A DNA stretch of 64,000 nucleotides. Origin: Octopus vulgaris. Taxonomy: Eukaryota. Location of the stretch: the NCBI GenBank assembly GCA_951406725.2, contig OX597814.1, positions 59,644,001 to 59,708,000 of the forward strand, written 5' to 3'. A program made the position numbers and the translations under genes. The notes under the pieces were generated by a model. It did not search any database, was not told the DNA's origin, and saw nothing but the letters and a program-made list of their open reading frames with translations. Positions 28,041-42,785 of the stretch are shown in pieces. Every line of letters starts with the position of its first letter. Position 1 is the first letter of the stretch.

Positions 28041-29255
28041 TCAAAAATTAGTAAAAGTATTTGAGGTGAACAGTTTCAATTAGCTTTAATCAACTTTTAT
28101 TTGATTTATAATACTGTAGATATTTTCTCTTTTGGTGTTGCGAAGCTGGTAAATTTTGCTAAATTTTGACAAACTAGAAGGTAGAACGCAAAATATCGTA
28201 TCTGTTTTACTAACAAATATCAGTGTTACTCTTACTACCTTTAAGCTGTACGAATGTTATCTTTCCAATAAACGTTATATATTTAGATAGTTTACACTCT
28301 TTCTTTAACAATAACATGATAACCGCAGCTGGAATACATTTAGTCATCATTTTCTCGAGTAGTCTCCTAATCTGGCGCTAAACAACAATCATTGTAATAA
28401 TAATAACGACAACAGATCTCCTTCCATAAAATTTTCGCCTTCATTTATTCCAAGCCATTATGGTAGATTCCGTAATCCTACTGCTGAGAGAAAATAATTT
28501 TGACGCTTAAAATAGAATACCGTTCTACAAATAACGTGAGACAAATAACATGATCAAGAAATTTATCACAATGAAGGCAATAATATTTACAAAAAAATTA
28601 GGAGTGTACTTATTATAGAAATCACACGCAGGGTACATGCAAAAATATGATAGAATAATTCAGTAACAATGATGTAACAGACAACCTTCCTAATGCACAG
28701 ATATTTTAAATAAACTGTACTTTTTTTTACTTTTAAATCTCTCACAATTTATATTTATATTTCCAAGATAAAATAAAATGATTTAATGTAATTCCGTCAT
28801 TTAATTTTTCTCATTGTCAGTTTGGATTAAAGGGGTTAAGATGAGCTGAGGAATTACAGAAGAATGCATTTATCCAAGACACCACACTTATTAGTGAAAA
28901 TAACTCCTTGAAAAAGGTTCATAGTTCCGTATTGTCGTGAGACACGTATACACACTTACATATGTACAAACACATACCACACACATGTCTGTGTAAGTAT
29001 AAACATATATAATACTAACACACAACACAGACACATGATATTCATTGTAATATATTATATTAATATTCGTTTTTATATTCAGCTATAATAAAAACAATTT
29101 TACATGAATGTGGCGGACTACTACATACTTTTTAGTGTACAAATTTATTATTCTTTAAAAAAGATAGTGTTGACAACAATGACTTCGAATTTTCCGCCGA
29201 AACTTCGAAGAAACTGTTAGCACTATTCTTGTGAAAAACAATACATCAAACGCGT

Positions 29256-29301
<46 letters not shown>

Positions 29302-29304
29302 TTT

Positions 29305-29524
29305 GTTTTTTTTGTTTTTGTTTTTTCCAGTTTCAGCTCTTGAGCTGTGGCCATGCTGGGGCACCGCCATTGTGGTGAAAGAGTACAGCAGGGATCACCA
29401 CCCCCTGCCGGAGCCTCGTAGAGCTTTTAGGTGTTTTCGCTCAATAAACACACACAACGCCCGGTCTGAGAATCGAAACCGCGATCCTGCGACCGCGAGT
29501 CCGCTGCCCTAACCACTAGGCCAT

Positions 29525-29529
<5 letters not shown>
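29305..29529 (-). mobile_element. tRNA-Arg-derived SINE (OR1-like)
   Basis: Minus strand gcgcaatggcctagtggttagggcagcggacTCGcggtcgcaggatcgcggtttcgattc (A box, TCG anticodon position, B box). The 3' tail ggcggtgccccagcatggccacagctc is shared with 34496-34550. Confidence 0.8.
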
Positions 29530-29605
<76 letters not shown>

Positions 29606-29645
29606 GTAGGTATAATGATATATATATATATATATGTATATATTT

Positions 29646-29676
<31 letters not shown>

Positions 29677-29719
29677 ATATATGTATAATGGTATATGTTT
29701 ATAAATATATATATATTTA

Positions 29720-30993
29720 CACAGACATGCAGGAAGTAACTAGACACCTTTAATTTTCAAAATTTCTTATCTAAGCGTCTTACTATGTTTTCAGCGGTGT
29801 AGAATTTACAGTATAATTATTCTTTTTCCTTCCAGGTGCCATTATATTAAAGATTTGCAAAGAGTAACCATGTCACGCACAAAAGCTATTGCAGAACTAT
29901 CAGATTTTCAAAGAGGTCGTATTGTTGGGCAATCTGAGGCTGGACTTAGCCAGCGAAAAACTCCCGAAAGTCTTCAAATTCCTCTCGCTTATGTTAATAG
30001 AATTATAGTGCAATTCAAAAGTCAAGGAAAAGGATGAACAGATTCTCATCCCGGCCGACCTGGGCACTCGGAAGGGAAGCTTCGCTGTTTGAAGTGAATT
30101 GTGGAAAATAAACCCCGGTCGAAGGCTTCTGACATTGCAAAGCAGCTAGAAATTACTCCAACAACGTGTGTTACATATCTGCATAAGCTTGGGTACTATG
30201 GACGAGCAGTTAGAAGAAAACCTCTCCTTCAGCCAATTAATATGAAAAGAAAGAAATGGGCTAAGGAGGTGTCAGAAAAATCCAATTCATTTTAGGATAG
30301 AGTGATTTTCTCAGATGAATCAAGAGTTGCATTATTTTCAGACAGTGGACGTGTTTGGGTCTGGAGGCTTCCCAATCAAGAATTTGATTTGAAACGACTC
30401 CAACCAACTAGGAAACATGACGGTATCTCCGTAATGGCATGGAGAACTGTCACCAGCAATGGTAGTCCTGGGCTGATCGAATGTGTTGGAACCACAAACT
30501 CTGGAAAATACACCGAAATACTTAAACAAGGACTACTTCCGATGTATTCACAGGATAACAACGAAAATTGATTTTTTTTATTCATGGAAGATGGGGCTCC
30601 ATGCTACACAGCGAAAAGGAATCAACAATGGCTGACTGAAAATGGGATCGAAAAGCTAACTTGGCCAAATCAATTTTCTGACATGAACCCAACTGAAAAT
30701 CTGTGGGGCATACTAGATAGAGTTATACGAAAAACTCGACAGAAACCTAAATCTAAACATGATTTGTTTCGAGTGTTGCGTGAAAAGGGGGCAGAAATTT
30801 CACAAGAGACATTCACAAAGCTCGTCGGTTCAATGCAAAAAAAGATTTTCTGAATTAAAAACTGTAAAGGGAATATCAACTAAGTACTAAAGTATGTCGT
30901 CCTACATATCGATTACATTTCAAGTGTTCACTTTGCGTATTCAATAAAAAAAATGAAAATTAAAGGTATTTATTTACTCCCTGCATGTCTGTG
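29720..30993 (+). mobile_element. Full-length Tc1-family DNA transposon, ~1.27 kb
   Basis: ~40-bp TIRs cacagacatgcagg(a/g)agtaa.ta.a.acctttaattttca at both ends, TA target site on each side, inserted in TA-rich repeat. Confidence 0.93.
29870..30890 (+). pseudogene. Tc1 DD34E transposase with stops and frameshifts
   Basis: ELSDFQRGRIVG (paired-like HTH), AVRRKPLL, VIFSDESR, MEDGAPCY-...-DMNPTENLW (34 residues between D and E), KGISTKY*. Confidence 0.92.
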
Positions 30994-31033
30994 TATAAAC
31001 ACATGTGTATATAATATATATAATGTAAGTATA

Positions 31034-31070
<37 letters not shown>

Positions 31071-31890
31071 CATACATATGAGAGGTATTACCACTATGTG
31101 GACACCGTAATGCTAGAAGTAGATCCGCTATGGTCTTACCACTAAGAAATGTTCTCTAGAAAGTTTAACAAGCACCAGAAACTTAAGCGAGCAAGACAAA
31201 TGAAAAGAAACAAAAATATATATTAATCATAAACACACACACACACATATATATATATACTAAGAAATGTACCTGAGTTATAGATTTGAAGTAGTCAGAA
31301 TGTGAGATAAATTTTGCAAACTGCATGCTGTTGAAATGTTACAGGAAATGTATAGTCGGTTTCTAATACTAATGTCTCGATCCATTTGGATCATTGAACT
31401 TCTATCTTCTGCATTAATGATATAGACCTATTAATCTCCGTTATAAAACCTACATTTATATTTATGCTGAAAATACAATAAAATATGATGGAAGAGGTTA
31501 CTAGATCTCCATTTATGCTAGCTCACTCCTTCAATGTATTTAATATTTTACTCTGATCACCTCTTCATCTTCGAATGTCTTCTTCTCACTTTATCTTTCT
31601 TCTTTTCTCTATTATTCCTTTAATATCATATTCTGTTCCTCTCCGTATCTATATCTATTTTAACCAGTTTATCTCGTCCAAAGAAAAGATGCTGAATTCT
31701 GGTATTTTCATCAAATCAATGATTGCTGTATTCTTGGAATTAAATAACACAGTATCCTCAGATTCTATTTCCCAGTATTTCAGAATATTTCGAAGTGAAC
31801 AGGTGGTTTTGACATTTAATAATTCTGTGTAACTCTCGACATTTCCAGTGCATGACATCAACCGAAAATATAGATATCATATACATATAG

Positions 31891-31962
<72 letters not shown>

Positions 31963-32106
31963 TGTATGTATGTATGTATGTATGCATATATATATATGTA
32001 TGTATATAAATGTATGTAAACATATATTTGTATGTACGTATATGTATACTAATATGTAGACAGACATGACTCGAGTCATATTAGTATAGGTGTACATCCA
32101 CACAGA

Positions 32107-32151
<45 letters not shown>

Positions 32152-33059
32152 GCATACACAGAGACACACACTCACATATATAATAACCGGTATAAATGTT
32201 GGTTGGTTGATTAATTTCATTTGTTACGCTTTAAGCCAAGATTCTCAACGGGAGCCATATACCCACACCTGGAGGACATTTGATGGTCGGTGGGGGAGCT
32301 TTGGAGCAAAGGGGCCCTATGGGTGTTAAAAGACTTGGGGTCGCTAGGAGGCGCTGGAAGATCCTCAACTTTGGTAAGTTTCATTTGAAATTAACCAGTA
32401 GTGATCATATTTTTATATGTCTGTGAATGTCAGTTCAAAAAAAAACGTCTTCTTGCTTCAAACTTTCAAAAACTTAAAACACTTTTCACTTTTTCAATTT
32501 CATTTTAAGATACCTATTCTTCCTTTTTAGAATTAATATTCACTCCATAAATCTGGAATCTGATAGAAGCTAAAATATAATGATTATATATATCATTCAT
32601 ATTTTGTATGCTGGCGGGATTATACATCTAAATTACCCGTTTTCTTTTCTTAATCCTTCGTGAATAATATGGGGTGTGTTGTTACCCCAATTTTATTAAT
32701 GCTCGTAATTTCTAAAAGGCAACGTTATTATTTTTTTTGCTCCCTTCCTCTACTCTTGTGACTCTGTGATGATGTGTTGGAGGTGGTGTGGTGCAATCGT
32801 GGCTCAGATGTTGTGAGAGGTAGACGTCGTTTTGTATAGTCACCCCATGTTCTTTGCTCTCCCGAACATCTTTTCTGTAAATTTGTATATGTATACTCAC
32901 AAGCCACAAAATAAACTGAAGCGCCGCATATTCAAGAAAGTATGTCTGGTGCTTTTAGAAAGTATTATAAAATGGAGACTCCAGGACATTCGTCTGCTAA
33001 AAAGCCTCAGAGCACGTATCATAAGACTGTTGTCCGAAGCTGCAGTTACATCAACCTCA

Positions 33060-33347
33060 CAGCCATTGCAAGGCCAGGCAAAGTACTTATTCTATCGGTC
33101 TCTTTTGCCGAACTGCTAAGTTACAGGGACGTAAACACACCATCATCGGTTGTCAAGCGATGTTGGGGACATACACATACATATATTTATATAAACATAT
33201 ATATGCATTTATATACGACGGGCTTCTTTCAGTTTCCGTCTTCCAAATCCACTCACAAGGCTTTCGTCGGCCAGAGGCTATAGTTGAAGACACTTACCCA
33301 AGGTGTCACGCAGTGGGACTGAACCCAGATACATGTGGTTGGTAAGC
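33060..33347 (-). mobile_element. SINE family B, partial
   Basis: gtacttattctatcggtctcttttgccgaac...atacgacgggcttctttcagtttccgtc...aatccactcacaaggc. Confidence 0.85.
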
Positions 33348-33899
33348 ATAATATCAATCAGCTACAAGTGTTTCAAACTTCTCAGCAGTGATTGCAGATA
33401 TATCCTGAACCAATAGAATGAGTATATTTTGCATAATACTAAAACTATAAACATTTTCGTATTGGGGTATGTAAACACTCCATGTGACTAATCTTGATCT
33501 GAAAGGTCAGGTGACTAACGAAGGGTTAATTTGCATGCGTGAATTCTCTGAACACATTGATAAAATTCACCGTTTCTTATTTTCTTTTCCCCAATACAAT
33601 ACTTAATAATAACCTTCACCTGAGGTAGCATATGTCAGACATATGGAGAAACCCAGCTCTTATTGTAAATTGTTACACAAAATTCATAAATACGTGTACT
33701 ATACACTATGTATCTATGTTTGCCGTTGCGTGTGCGTGTGTGTGCGTCTGTGCGTGATTATACTTACGTAACACCGTTTGTGAATTGAAATTTCAATTTA
33801 TCATATAGACAGTGATTCGTTTCAAGGTTCTAAACTATATTCCTATCATTGACAGATTTATCTTACAATTTAGCGTCTCAAATCCTGCTTATGTATAAT

Positions 33900-34203
33900 C
33901 TTTTATTTGTTTCAGTCATTGGACTGCGGTCATACTAGGACACCACATTGAAGGGTTTAGTCGTACAAGCCAATCCTTTCAATAATATTTGTTCAGCTTG
34001 ACACGTATTCTACCGCTCTTCTTTGTCGGACCGCTAAGTTACCTGGAAATAAACAAGCCAACCCTTGTTGAAAACGGCGAAGACACACACACAAATATAT
34101 ATTCGACAGGTTACTGTTCTTTTACGTATACGAAATCCACCCACAAGGCTTGATCAATTCGGGATTATAGTAGTGTAAGACACACAGTGGGACTGAACCC
34201 GGA
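33900..34203 (-). mobile_element. SINE family B, degenerate
   Basis: ttgtttcagtcattggactgcggtcatact..ga.cacc and gtgggactgaaccc blocks. Confidence 0.7.
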
Positions 34204-37200
34204 TCCTTCTTATTAGACAGCTATCTATGCTTAATATCTTCCCCGATTCGAAATCTTATGTTTAGTCATCATTCGTGAATACACTCAACCGATTTATATT
34301 CTACTTTTTATTTGAAAGCGTGACGATCCCTCGAAAATTTAATAGTTTTAGTAATGTTACGGATAACCTATTTTGTATTACTATAATGAATAGGCATACA
34401 TTGGAAACTATTTTAAAAAGAAACTCGATAACAAGAGTGTATTTTCACTGTTTGTATTATGGAATTGTACAATTTTGTTCATGTTTTGTTGACTTGGCGG
34501 TGCCCCAGCATGGCCACAGCTCGTGAGCTAAAACTAGATAAAATGAAAAATGAAAATATGTTTTGCGTCTGCTTACCAGTCTTTATTTTTTGAGGAAGGA
34601 CTGCCCAGCCGCTCATTTTGGTCGTCCATATTTTTGTTTCTTGAATTAAACTGTAATTTGGTAAGTTTGGGGTATTTGCTTGTATATATGAATATCGGTT
34701 ACGTTTACAAGGGTAATCTCTGTGAGTGCACGGAACTACACCCCAGGATCCGTTCCTATCAACTTCTAATAATTTTTACTGTTTCTGGATAGTGGAAATA
34801 CTGTAATACCCGAAAAACACTTTAATATATATCCAATGTTCAAATAAGAAAGATTAGTGTCTCTATCATGGTAACAATAATGACAAAGGATAGTTGATAT
34901 CTAAATTAAATGTACTGGTTGGTAAGGCAACAACACCGTTTTATACTAGGGCCTTCGTCAAAGGATAGAAGCAGACTTAAAATACTTGCTATTACTAGAA
35001 ATATATAAAACTTTCCAGCCTTCAGTAATGTGTCTGAACCAGATCTGAGCAGCTATAGAATTAAAATTTCAGTATTCCTTTTTACTAATAACTTTGTTAA
35101 TGTACTTGACAACATTTTTTATCAGAATACTCTACATACAGAAGATGCTCAAAAATGGCTAAAGAAGAAATGGTTCAAATTACTCATCATTATTTCAAAT
35201 GTATTTTTCAAATTAGCCTGCACGCGACGTTTGACCTAGATGGTTTTTGATTTCGGCACAAGACCATCAGTTTTGAAAGGAAGGTGTTAGTCAATACTTT
35301 CGACAGTAGTATTAGTCTGCCACCTTGCTTTATCAACTCTGACGGGATGGATGTAAACATTTTCGTCGGCAGGATTAGAACTCAAAACATTGCAAAATAT
35401 TTTGCTGCTAATTTTGCCTATTCACTGCCTTGGAGTGAAGTAATGAAAAGTATACAATCCATAATTTCAATTAGCTACAACTTTAAAGCAATGAGATAAT
35501 ACATACCCTTCGTCTTCCCGATGTCTCAGCCATCGAAATTACGAGAGGTTTGCTGTGACATAAAGAAATTCTATGCGGCATGAATGAAAACAAAATACTC
35601 TCAGTGGAATCTCAAACGTGTCTGAAAAAATCATCTCAAATATATATGAAGACTTATTATCTAAGTAATTTTAAAACAGGTAATTTTTTATCACCAGTTA
35701 CTTACAGAATTATACACTATTATATTAGTTTATTAATTCAATATAAATAAATTAATAAAGAATTTTAAAAGAGCAAGGTATGTTGATAGTTTCCTTGTAT
35801 CTTGATGTGTCTTATTATTTCAACCCAGTAGTGATTCGAAAGAAATTTATTCCAGATAGAATTCGAGCTTACAACCAAGAGGGCAACAAACTTTAATACG
35901 TTTCGTCTTTTGTAAAATATTTTAGAAATGATTTTCTAATGAACACACAATATTAGCATTAAAATAGACAAATATTTATTAATTTACATTTCATTTATTC
36001 AGTTGTAAATTTCTTTGCGATGTTCGTTTGATTTATTATTCTCTTCCTTTCGCAACTTTTTATTTCATTAAATTTAGTTTGTTTGTTTCTCACACAAAAT
36101 ATAGGGGAGGAGATAGAGAACAAAAGATTGTGGTGACAGTGACATATAGAGAAAACTAAGAAAGATTAATGAGAGACTGAGGGTGAGTAATTTAAGCCAG
36201 ATTCACAACTTTCAAAAAATAGAAAAGATAAAAAGCATAGGAAGTGACGCCCCAAATCGAACAATTATCGGAAATTAATCAGTAATTATCAGATGAAGAG
36301 GAAATAGAATTCTAGTGTGTAAATTTCAATTAGTATTAGGTGCCACTATATGAAATAATGTAAAAAGCACAAAGCGATGATGTATTAAATTTCCTCAAAG
36401 TGAAAAATGCTCGCTGCATTGTTTGCATCATTTAATATAGACAAGATTTTGTTTTCTCTTGTTAGAAAACAATATCTTATAACTTCCTAGATGGCAGGCA
36501 TCCCCCAGCGTTAATTTTCAAAGATTAATAATCAATAGATAGAAGATAATTCCATTTGTCTTTATCTGTAGAAGATACGCAATTCTGAATAACATGGATT
36601 TTCTTTGCCTCAAGCAAAGTAATATTTCACTAAGTAACATGATCGATTAACTTACAACTAAAATATGTTACAGAAACACATGCGAATGACACTGAGTAGA
36701 TGAAAGCAAAGTCACTCCCTTGGGATATATTAATATATCATAAAACTCTAATATGCAAAATGTGCAAAATAAGTACACATGTTTGTTATTGGAATGCTAG
36801 TCTGCAAATATTGGTTTGTTGCTATAGAAGAAAATACGCTTCTTGTCTCGTCATTGCAATCTTTCTATGGTCATATTTATTCATCAGTTTTCCAGTCATT
36901 CAATCTGTTAACCGTTTGACATAGAATACTACACAGCAGTCAATAAGACGATATTTATTGGTCTCTAGAGTCGAAAGTCACAAAAGCAGATGGTCACGGC
37001 TGGGAATTGTTCGCAACGAGCTGACATCCAACGAAACAACAGTACAGCATTACAAATTTAACGATAATTTGGAAGTTCAGGAACATGATTTTGGACCCCC
37101 CGCATCAAATGAACCAATGAGTAACATGGTAGCAATTTTACGCTGAATTCTAGTTATTTTATAGAAAATATACGTACTCATTCGGTTTATTAATGTGAAA

Positions 37201-37957
37201 GGACGATCATTTACAGCGAAGAGATAAGTGAGTGAATACGTATATTAAGATAAATAAAACTCTGTATATTGTCACTTATGATGTAAATTAAGAGATATTT
37301 TCTGGGTTATATTTGCGTAAGGAAGCATAATCTACCAATGCTTTTTGTAAGGTTTTCTAGAAAGATAATATGAGTGATATTAATATTTTGTTTGAATGTA
37401 TGCAAATCAATGTGTCTTGCATGAATTTGGACAAAAAGCGAATTCGAAAGGGATGAGATTCTAGGAAGGATTTATGGGTCAACTAATTTAGAGCGTTGTT
37501 TTGAGAGATAAAACTAGAAATAAATAGACTTCTTAAATATGAAATACTTATTAATTTTCAAAAGTTGAAAAAAACTTTAATAGAAATGATAGAAGAGAAA
37601 GTGAGAACAAACAACATGGAAGTGAAAATGTGGTTTAACCTTCAGTGGGATATCAAATATTTGAGTGCCAACTGTGTGTTTGTGTGCATGAGTATGTTTG
37701 TGTGAGTGTGGTTGTGTATGTGTGTGTATTTTTGTGTATGTCTATGTGCGTGCATGCGTGTGTGTATGTGTGTGTGTGCGGAAATCTTGATCTGACTGAT
37801 TTAATCAGTACTCAGAGCGGATTGTGATTTTGCTTTGTTGCGGTTTAACAGGTCATTAGAAAGAATTTTCGGAAAAAAAGATAAAGCTTTGGCATGAAGT
37901 TTAATGATAAAATATATGTTTGGTTTTCATTTGACCACAGAGCGCAGAGCATAAAAC

Positions 37958-38360
37958 TTCTTTTCTACTCTAGACACAAGGCCCGAAAGTTTGGTGGGGA
38001 TAGGAGCCAGTTGATTAGATCAACCCCAGTACGCAACTGGTACTTAATTTATCGACCCCGAAAGGATGAAAAGCAAAGTCAACCGCGGCGGAATTTGAAC
38101 TCAGAATGTAAAGACAGATGAAATACCTATTTCTTTATTACCCACAAGGGGCTAAACATAGAGGGGACAAACATGGACAGACATAGGTATTAAGTCGATT
38201 ATATCGACCCCAGTGCTTAACTGGTACTTAATTTATCGACCCCGAAAGGATGAAAGGCAAAGTTAACCGCGGCGGAATTTGAACTCAGAATATAAAGACA
38301 GATGAAATACCACTAAGCATTTCACCCGGCATGCTAACGCTTCTGCCAGCAGGCTGCCTT
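37958..38360 (-). mobile_element. SINE family A, dimeric copy
   Basis: Reverse complement of the 17809-18203 architecture; aactggtacttaatttatcgaccccgaaaggatgaaa occurs twice. Confidence 0.88.
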
Positions 38361-40272
38361 GGAGAACTTTAAATTGCCTTAATAATGTTAGATGACGCTA
38401 CTCTTGAAAGATGCTTTCAATTTCTTACAACAGTTTATTGCACTTTATCAAACTATATTTTTGCCTTACCTGTGATTAGTTCACTCCAGATGAGAGAAAA
38501 TATAAATACAATCAACACCGATAGATTTAATGATGAAACATCAATGTGATCCCCAAAGAATTATAAGAATGTTCCAAATGTCTTGCTGAATCGCTGAGCT
38601 AAGGTTAAAGATACTACTAAATTTATTTGACACTTCTTCCTTCTTCGCCTGACACCGGTTTATCAAAAATATTTTAAAAATTGAAAGACCGAACCACGAT
38701 ATACAATTCAACGTCGATACAATACAGTTGATAGTAAATAACTAAACAATAAAGTGGCACTTTGTACTTCATCTGTAGTATTGTGGACTGGACTTTTATA
38801 ATATAACTGCCAATATTTCGCATATAATTCGACAAGATACATCAATATACGAATCATCAAATTTTTGAATGTGTCCGTTAGATTATCGATTAGGTTACTT
38901 GCGACTACTACCTGCAGATATTATATAATGGATTGTGATTGCTGAACATACAGCATGGAATAAAATTGAATATAATATAACTTGAAAATAAAATAACTCT
39001 GCCTGTTGGAGTTTAAGTAGTTACGCTCCTGGGTCATATATCAATATCATATTTATATTGTTGAAGACTAATATATATGAACTAGAGTTATTGTTTTAAT
39101 CTAAATTAAGGGAAGAGAAGATTGGAGCAGATATGAGTAGTGGACGACCTATAATTACAAAACGGTTCAATTTTGTCTTTATCTTCTCACGGTGCTTAGG
39201 TAAATATCATTAATTAATTGTAGCAATTATGCAATGCGAAAGTCACGTCAGCATAGTGAAAGACAAACCTCATGAATTCTAAGCAGTGTCACCCTATAGA
39301 AATCAGTTATCCGTTCTCGCTATCACTACAAATTAAACTACAGATCAGAAATTGAGTAACTTTTCATTGAATCCTATATTTTCTGAGTATGAAAGATTTT
39401 GTAGATTCTTTAAAAAGATTGCTAATTCTTGCTTCCTTCTTCAAATAATTACGATAGCTCAGCACGATATTTAATTACGGCTCCTAATTTGGCACTGTCC
39501 TACCATGAGATTTTTGTATCTATATTGAATAACGTCGCAAGTAATTTTCTGCAATAGTGGTAATGCATTATTTCACTTATTGAGACGATAAATTGTGAAT
39601 CTTGATTTGCAATAATTACAAAAAATATTTTCAGATCATTCATTATTCACCTAAAGGCAAACATTTCGAATATGCTTTCCTATCTCCTAACTTGCTTAAA
39701 TTGGACGGCACACTCTAATAAACAACCCAGATATACGATGGCACATTGTCTCCAATAAAATTTCAATGATGTTTATTACAGTGAAAGTCTTTTTGTATGT
39801 ACTGAAATATCACCTACTATTTCCCATATTCATAGCATTCTTATAGGCTGAAAATAGTATGTCTGATTGAATTTTTATCAAGAGGTTATCTAGTAGGACT
39901 ATTGCTAATCAAAACTGAATAAAATATGAGTAGTTTGATAAGAAGTACAGCTGAAAGAAATGTAAATAGTTATCCTGCGATTCATATTTTATTTCTGGTA
40001 ATAAATGTATAATTTATAGGAATTTATTTCAATTCTGTCTCTCAATGTGTTGTCATATATGGCAATAACATTCAAGGAAAGACAGAAATCTTCGAAGGAA
40101 GAGGTATGAAACTAGGTTATAAGAGCGTAGGTTGAATCCGAATTAATTCCTATATAAAGCAAATTAGGTACCAACACAAAATGTATTTCCCACAAACACA
40201 CACACGCACACGTGTGTATGTATGTATGTATGTATGTATCTATCTATCTATCTAACTATCTATCTATCTATC

Positions 40273-40381
<109 letters not shown>

Positions 40382-41735
40382 AGCGAAGATAGTTTTTAGT
40401 GCACTGCTGATTGCATTGTTAGGGACGGACATAAAGATAAATCTTTGGCATGATAATTTCATCCTATAGCGGAGTCTGTAGGAGGAAATGTTTTTTTTTT
40501 CTTTTTTTATGATTAAAATATTAGCAGCGCCCCGTATAAATCAAAAGAATATGTCTTTAAATCGCTGTTTAATACGATTATATTGGCATTTACTGAATAC
40601 AAGAGGTAAATCAAGTAAAAAAGTATAAGTGGAAATCATACATTTAAGGAAATGTTTTCCTGAGTTTAATGGTACAATATTAAAAAAAAAAAACTGGTGT
40701 TTTTTTTTTCTGGTTCCATGTGGATAATTAGCATGTGATGATACACAATGCCTTGACTGTTCCGGTAAGAATAGGCTCTCCCGACTGTTCTATTTATGAC
40801 TGAGAGGTAACACGATGGCTGCAGCCAGAACATTGCGAACTGGTTTATGGAAGGGAAGAATTTTCTTCGTATAGGAGAAATCATCTCTATGTTTGCAAAA
40901 AGTATCATTCTGCTCAACGGCCGGGCAGTGGTTTAAATCGTCTAAGAGTTTAAATCTCCTATCCTAAGAAGCAGAAACCTCACTCCGACAGACGTTAAAC
41001 CAGATCTAACAAATGCATCTAACAAAATAGAATGATCTGTTTCAAACAAAAGAGGGATAATCAAATTCATATTGCATTAATAATGTGACTTAAATTAAGC
41101 GGTAAATGCCAGCCATCTTACGATCTAGAGTCTGCAGTCAAATTTATTTGATGCTAGTTCACTGTATTTATGTCGATAAGTGTAAAAGCGTATATCTTAT
41201 ATCCAGACCTACAATCTTCTTCTCATGCATTCGAATATTGTAATTATGTAACTAGACGCAAATATTACCCTGCATGTATTATTCTGCATGCTCAGCATTG
41301 TATTATTGTATATTTGCAATTAACACAAATCAAGAAAACTAGCTCATCTAATTATCAGTCCATCACGATTACACCAATCCGTGATGATGTTTATTTCCTT
41401 TGATTTGTGACTATACAACTGTATTGGATAATATCGCACATGCATATTAGTGCATACATGTAAAATTCCTGCTCCATGAAGAATTCTACAAACCAGCCGT
41501 AATTCTCACGATGCCAAGTGTACAGATAAATATTTTTACCTCTTATACATTCTGGCATTTTTGGTTTGTTTGTTTTATTTTTGTTTTGATTTTTGTATAG
41601 AAGAGCTGATATAGTGCAAGAGAACCCGAGAATTAAAGTACTGCAAATTATATATATTTGTGTTCTATAAAGAGATGAGGAATTATGTACATTATTTACA
41701 TTTGACAGATATTTGTTTTCATCCTCTTTCTTGTT

Positions 41736-41781
41736 AGCACAACGTTTCGGCTGATATACCCTCCAGCCTTCATCAGGTGTC
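41736..41781 (-). ncRNA. Minimal type-I hammerhead ribozyme motif
   Basis: gacac-CUGAUGA-a-GGCUG-gaggguauau-CAGCC-GAAA-CG-UU-gugcu: intact core, 5-bp stem II, palindromic ACGU stem III, stem I cac/gug. Confidence 0.75.
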
Positions 41782-41865
41782 TTGGAGAAATTTCGAACTT
41801 GGGTTGTTATTCCTAAGGTATTCTTCGATATTAGGAATAAGAACTCAGGTTTGAAATTTCCCCAA

Positions 41866-41911
41866 GACACCTGATGAAGGGTGGAGGGTATATCAGCCGA
41901 AACGTTGTGTT
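41866..41911 (+). ncRNA. Minimal type-I hammerhead ribozyme motif
   Basis: gacac-CUGAUGA-a-GGgUG-gaggguauau-CAGCC-GAAA-CG-UU-guguu: intact core, one stem II mismatch, 5-bp stem I. Confidence 0.72.
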
Positions 41912-42785
41912 AACACGATACAAGATGTGGACAAATATCCGTCAAATATAAATAAAGTAAAGTATATATATTTGGGCCTATTTTTGTCTCAGTATTTTGA
42001 TTTTATGCAACTTAGTTCTGTACCTCTAAATCAGGCAAAATCATGCTTTATAATATATCTTTGATGTCGTAAGGAATACATTGCTCGCTTTCATTAGGTT
42101 AGACATGTTATCTTTTCTCTTTTCGCGCACTACTTCTTTACAACTTCTTCGAGATTTGTTGTTGATTTATCATTCCTCTTATTTCGAGGACTATATTAAT
42201 AAGAGTTCTCTGCTTTTCCATTCTTTCAATGTATCATACTGATTTCAGTTGTGAAATTGCTACAAAGAGGAAAGAGGGACAGAAACTTTAACAATGTTTA
42301 GAAAGTAAAATTGGTGCTTCCAAAGATGAACTTCTTGGTGAATCAACAATGTATACTATTATACAGAGCATATCAACTTTCTGCACAAAAAAAGTGAAAT
42401 TACTGTAATGATTGCTAATGTACGACAAAGTGTGCATCAAACAGTGAATGAAATTATGATTAAAAATAATGTTGTCAGTTTTTGGGAAATAGTCTACGAA
42501 ACAAATATAATAAGATCAAATTGAAGGAAAACATTTTCTGGGAATTCTAGACAGTTTGGCAGGCTTAGAAAATAATATGGAATGCAAAACTTTTGAGTTA
42601 TGGATTTCAGATCGAACGGACTATTGTGCGGAAGCTAGATATCTCACTGGATTTAAACAAATCATTGAATGTAGTTTTATATTGATAAACGTATTATACG
42701 TGAAGATGAAGGGGGAAGAAAATAATTTGGAATATTTCTTTGGCAAAGAAAGAAAATTTATAACGTACCTTCATTTTATCTTTTA

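Larger units (their letters stand above)
41662..41959. mobile_element. Foldback of Penelope-like pLTR-type sequence (~129-bp inverted arms, 14-nt spacer)
   Basis: 41688-41816 and 41831-41959 are imperfect reverse complements, each containing a hammerhead core; a third copy lies at 60008-60150. Confidence 0.8.

Noticed and set aside
29455-29529. tRNA-Arg(TCG) gene
   Set aside because: The acceptor stem does not close and it continues into a SINE body and tail, so it is a SINE head.
32198-32380. GC-richer island ending in a GTAAGT donor-like site, possible exon
   Set aside because: No convincing acceptor or recognisable peptide; it starts with (GTTG)n, like the reverse-strand tail of a retroelement.
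41391-41870. 159-aa minus-strand ORF
   Set aside because: It runs through the non-coding hammerhead foldback and has no domain signal.
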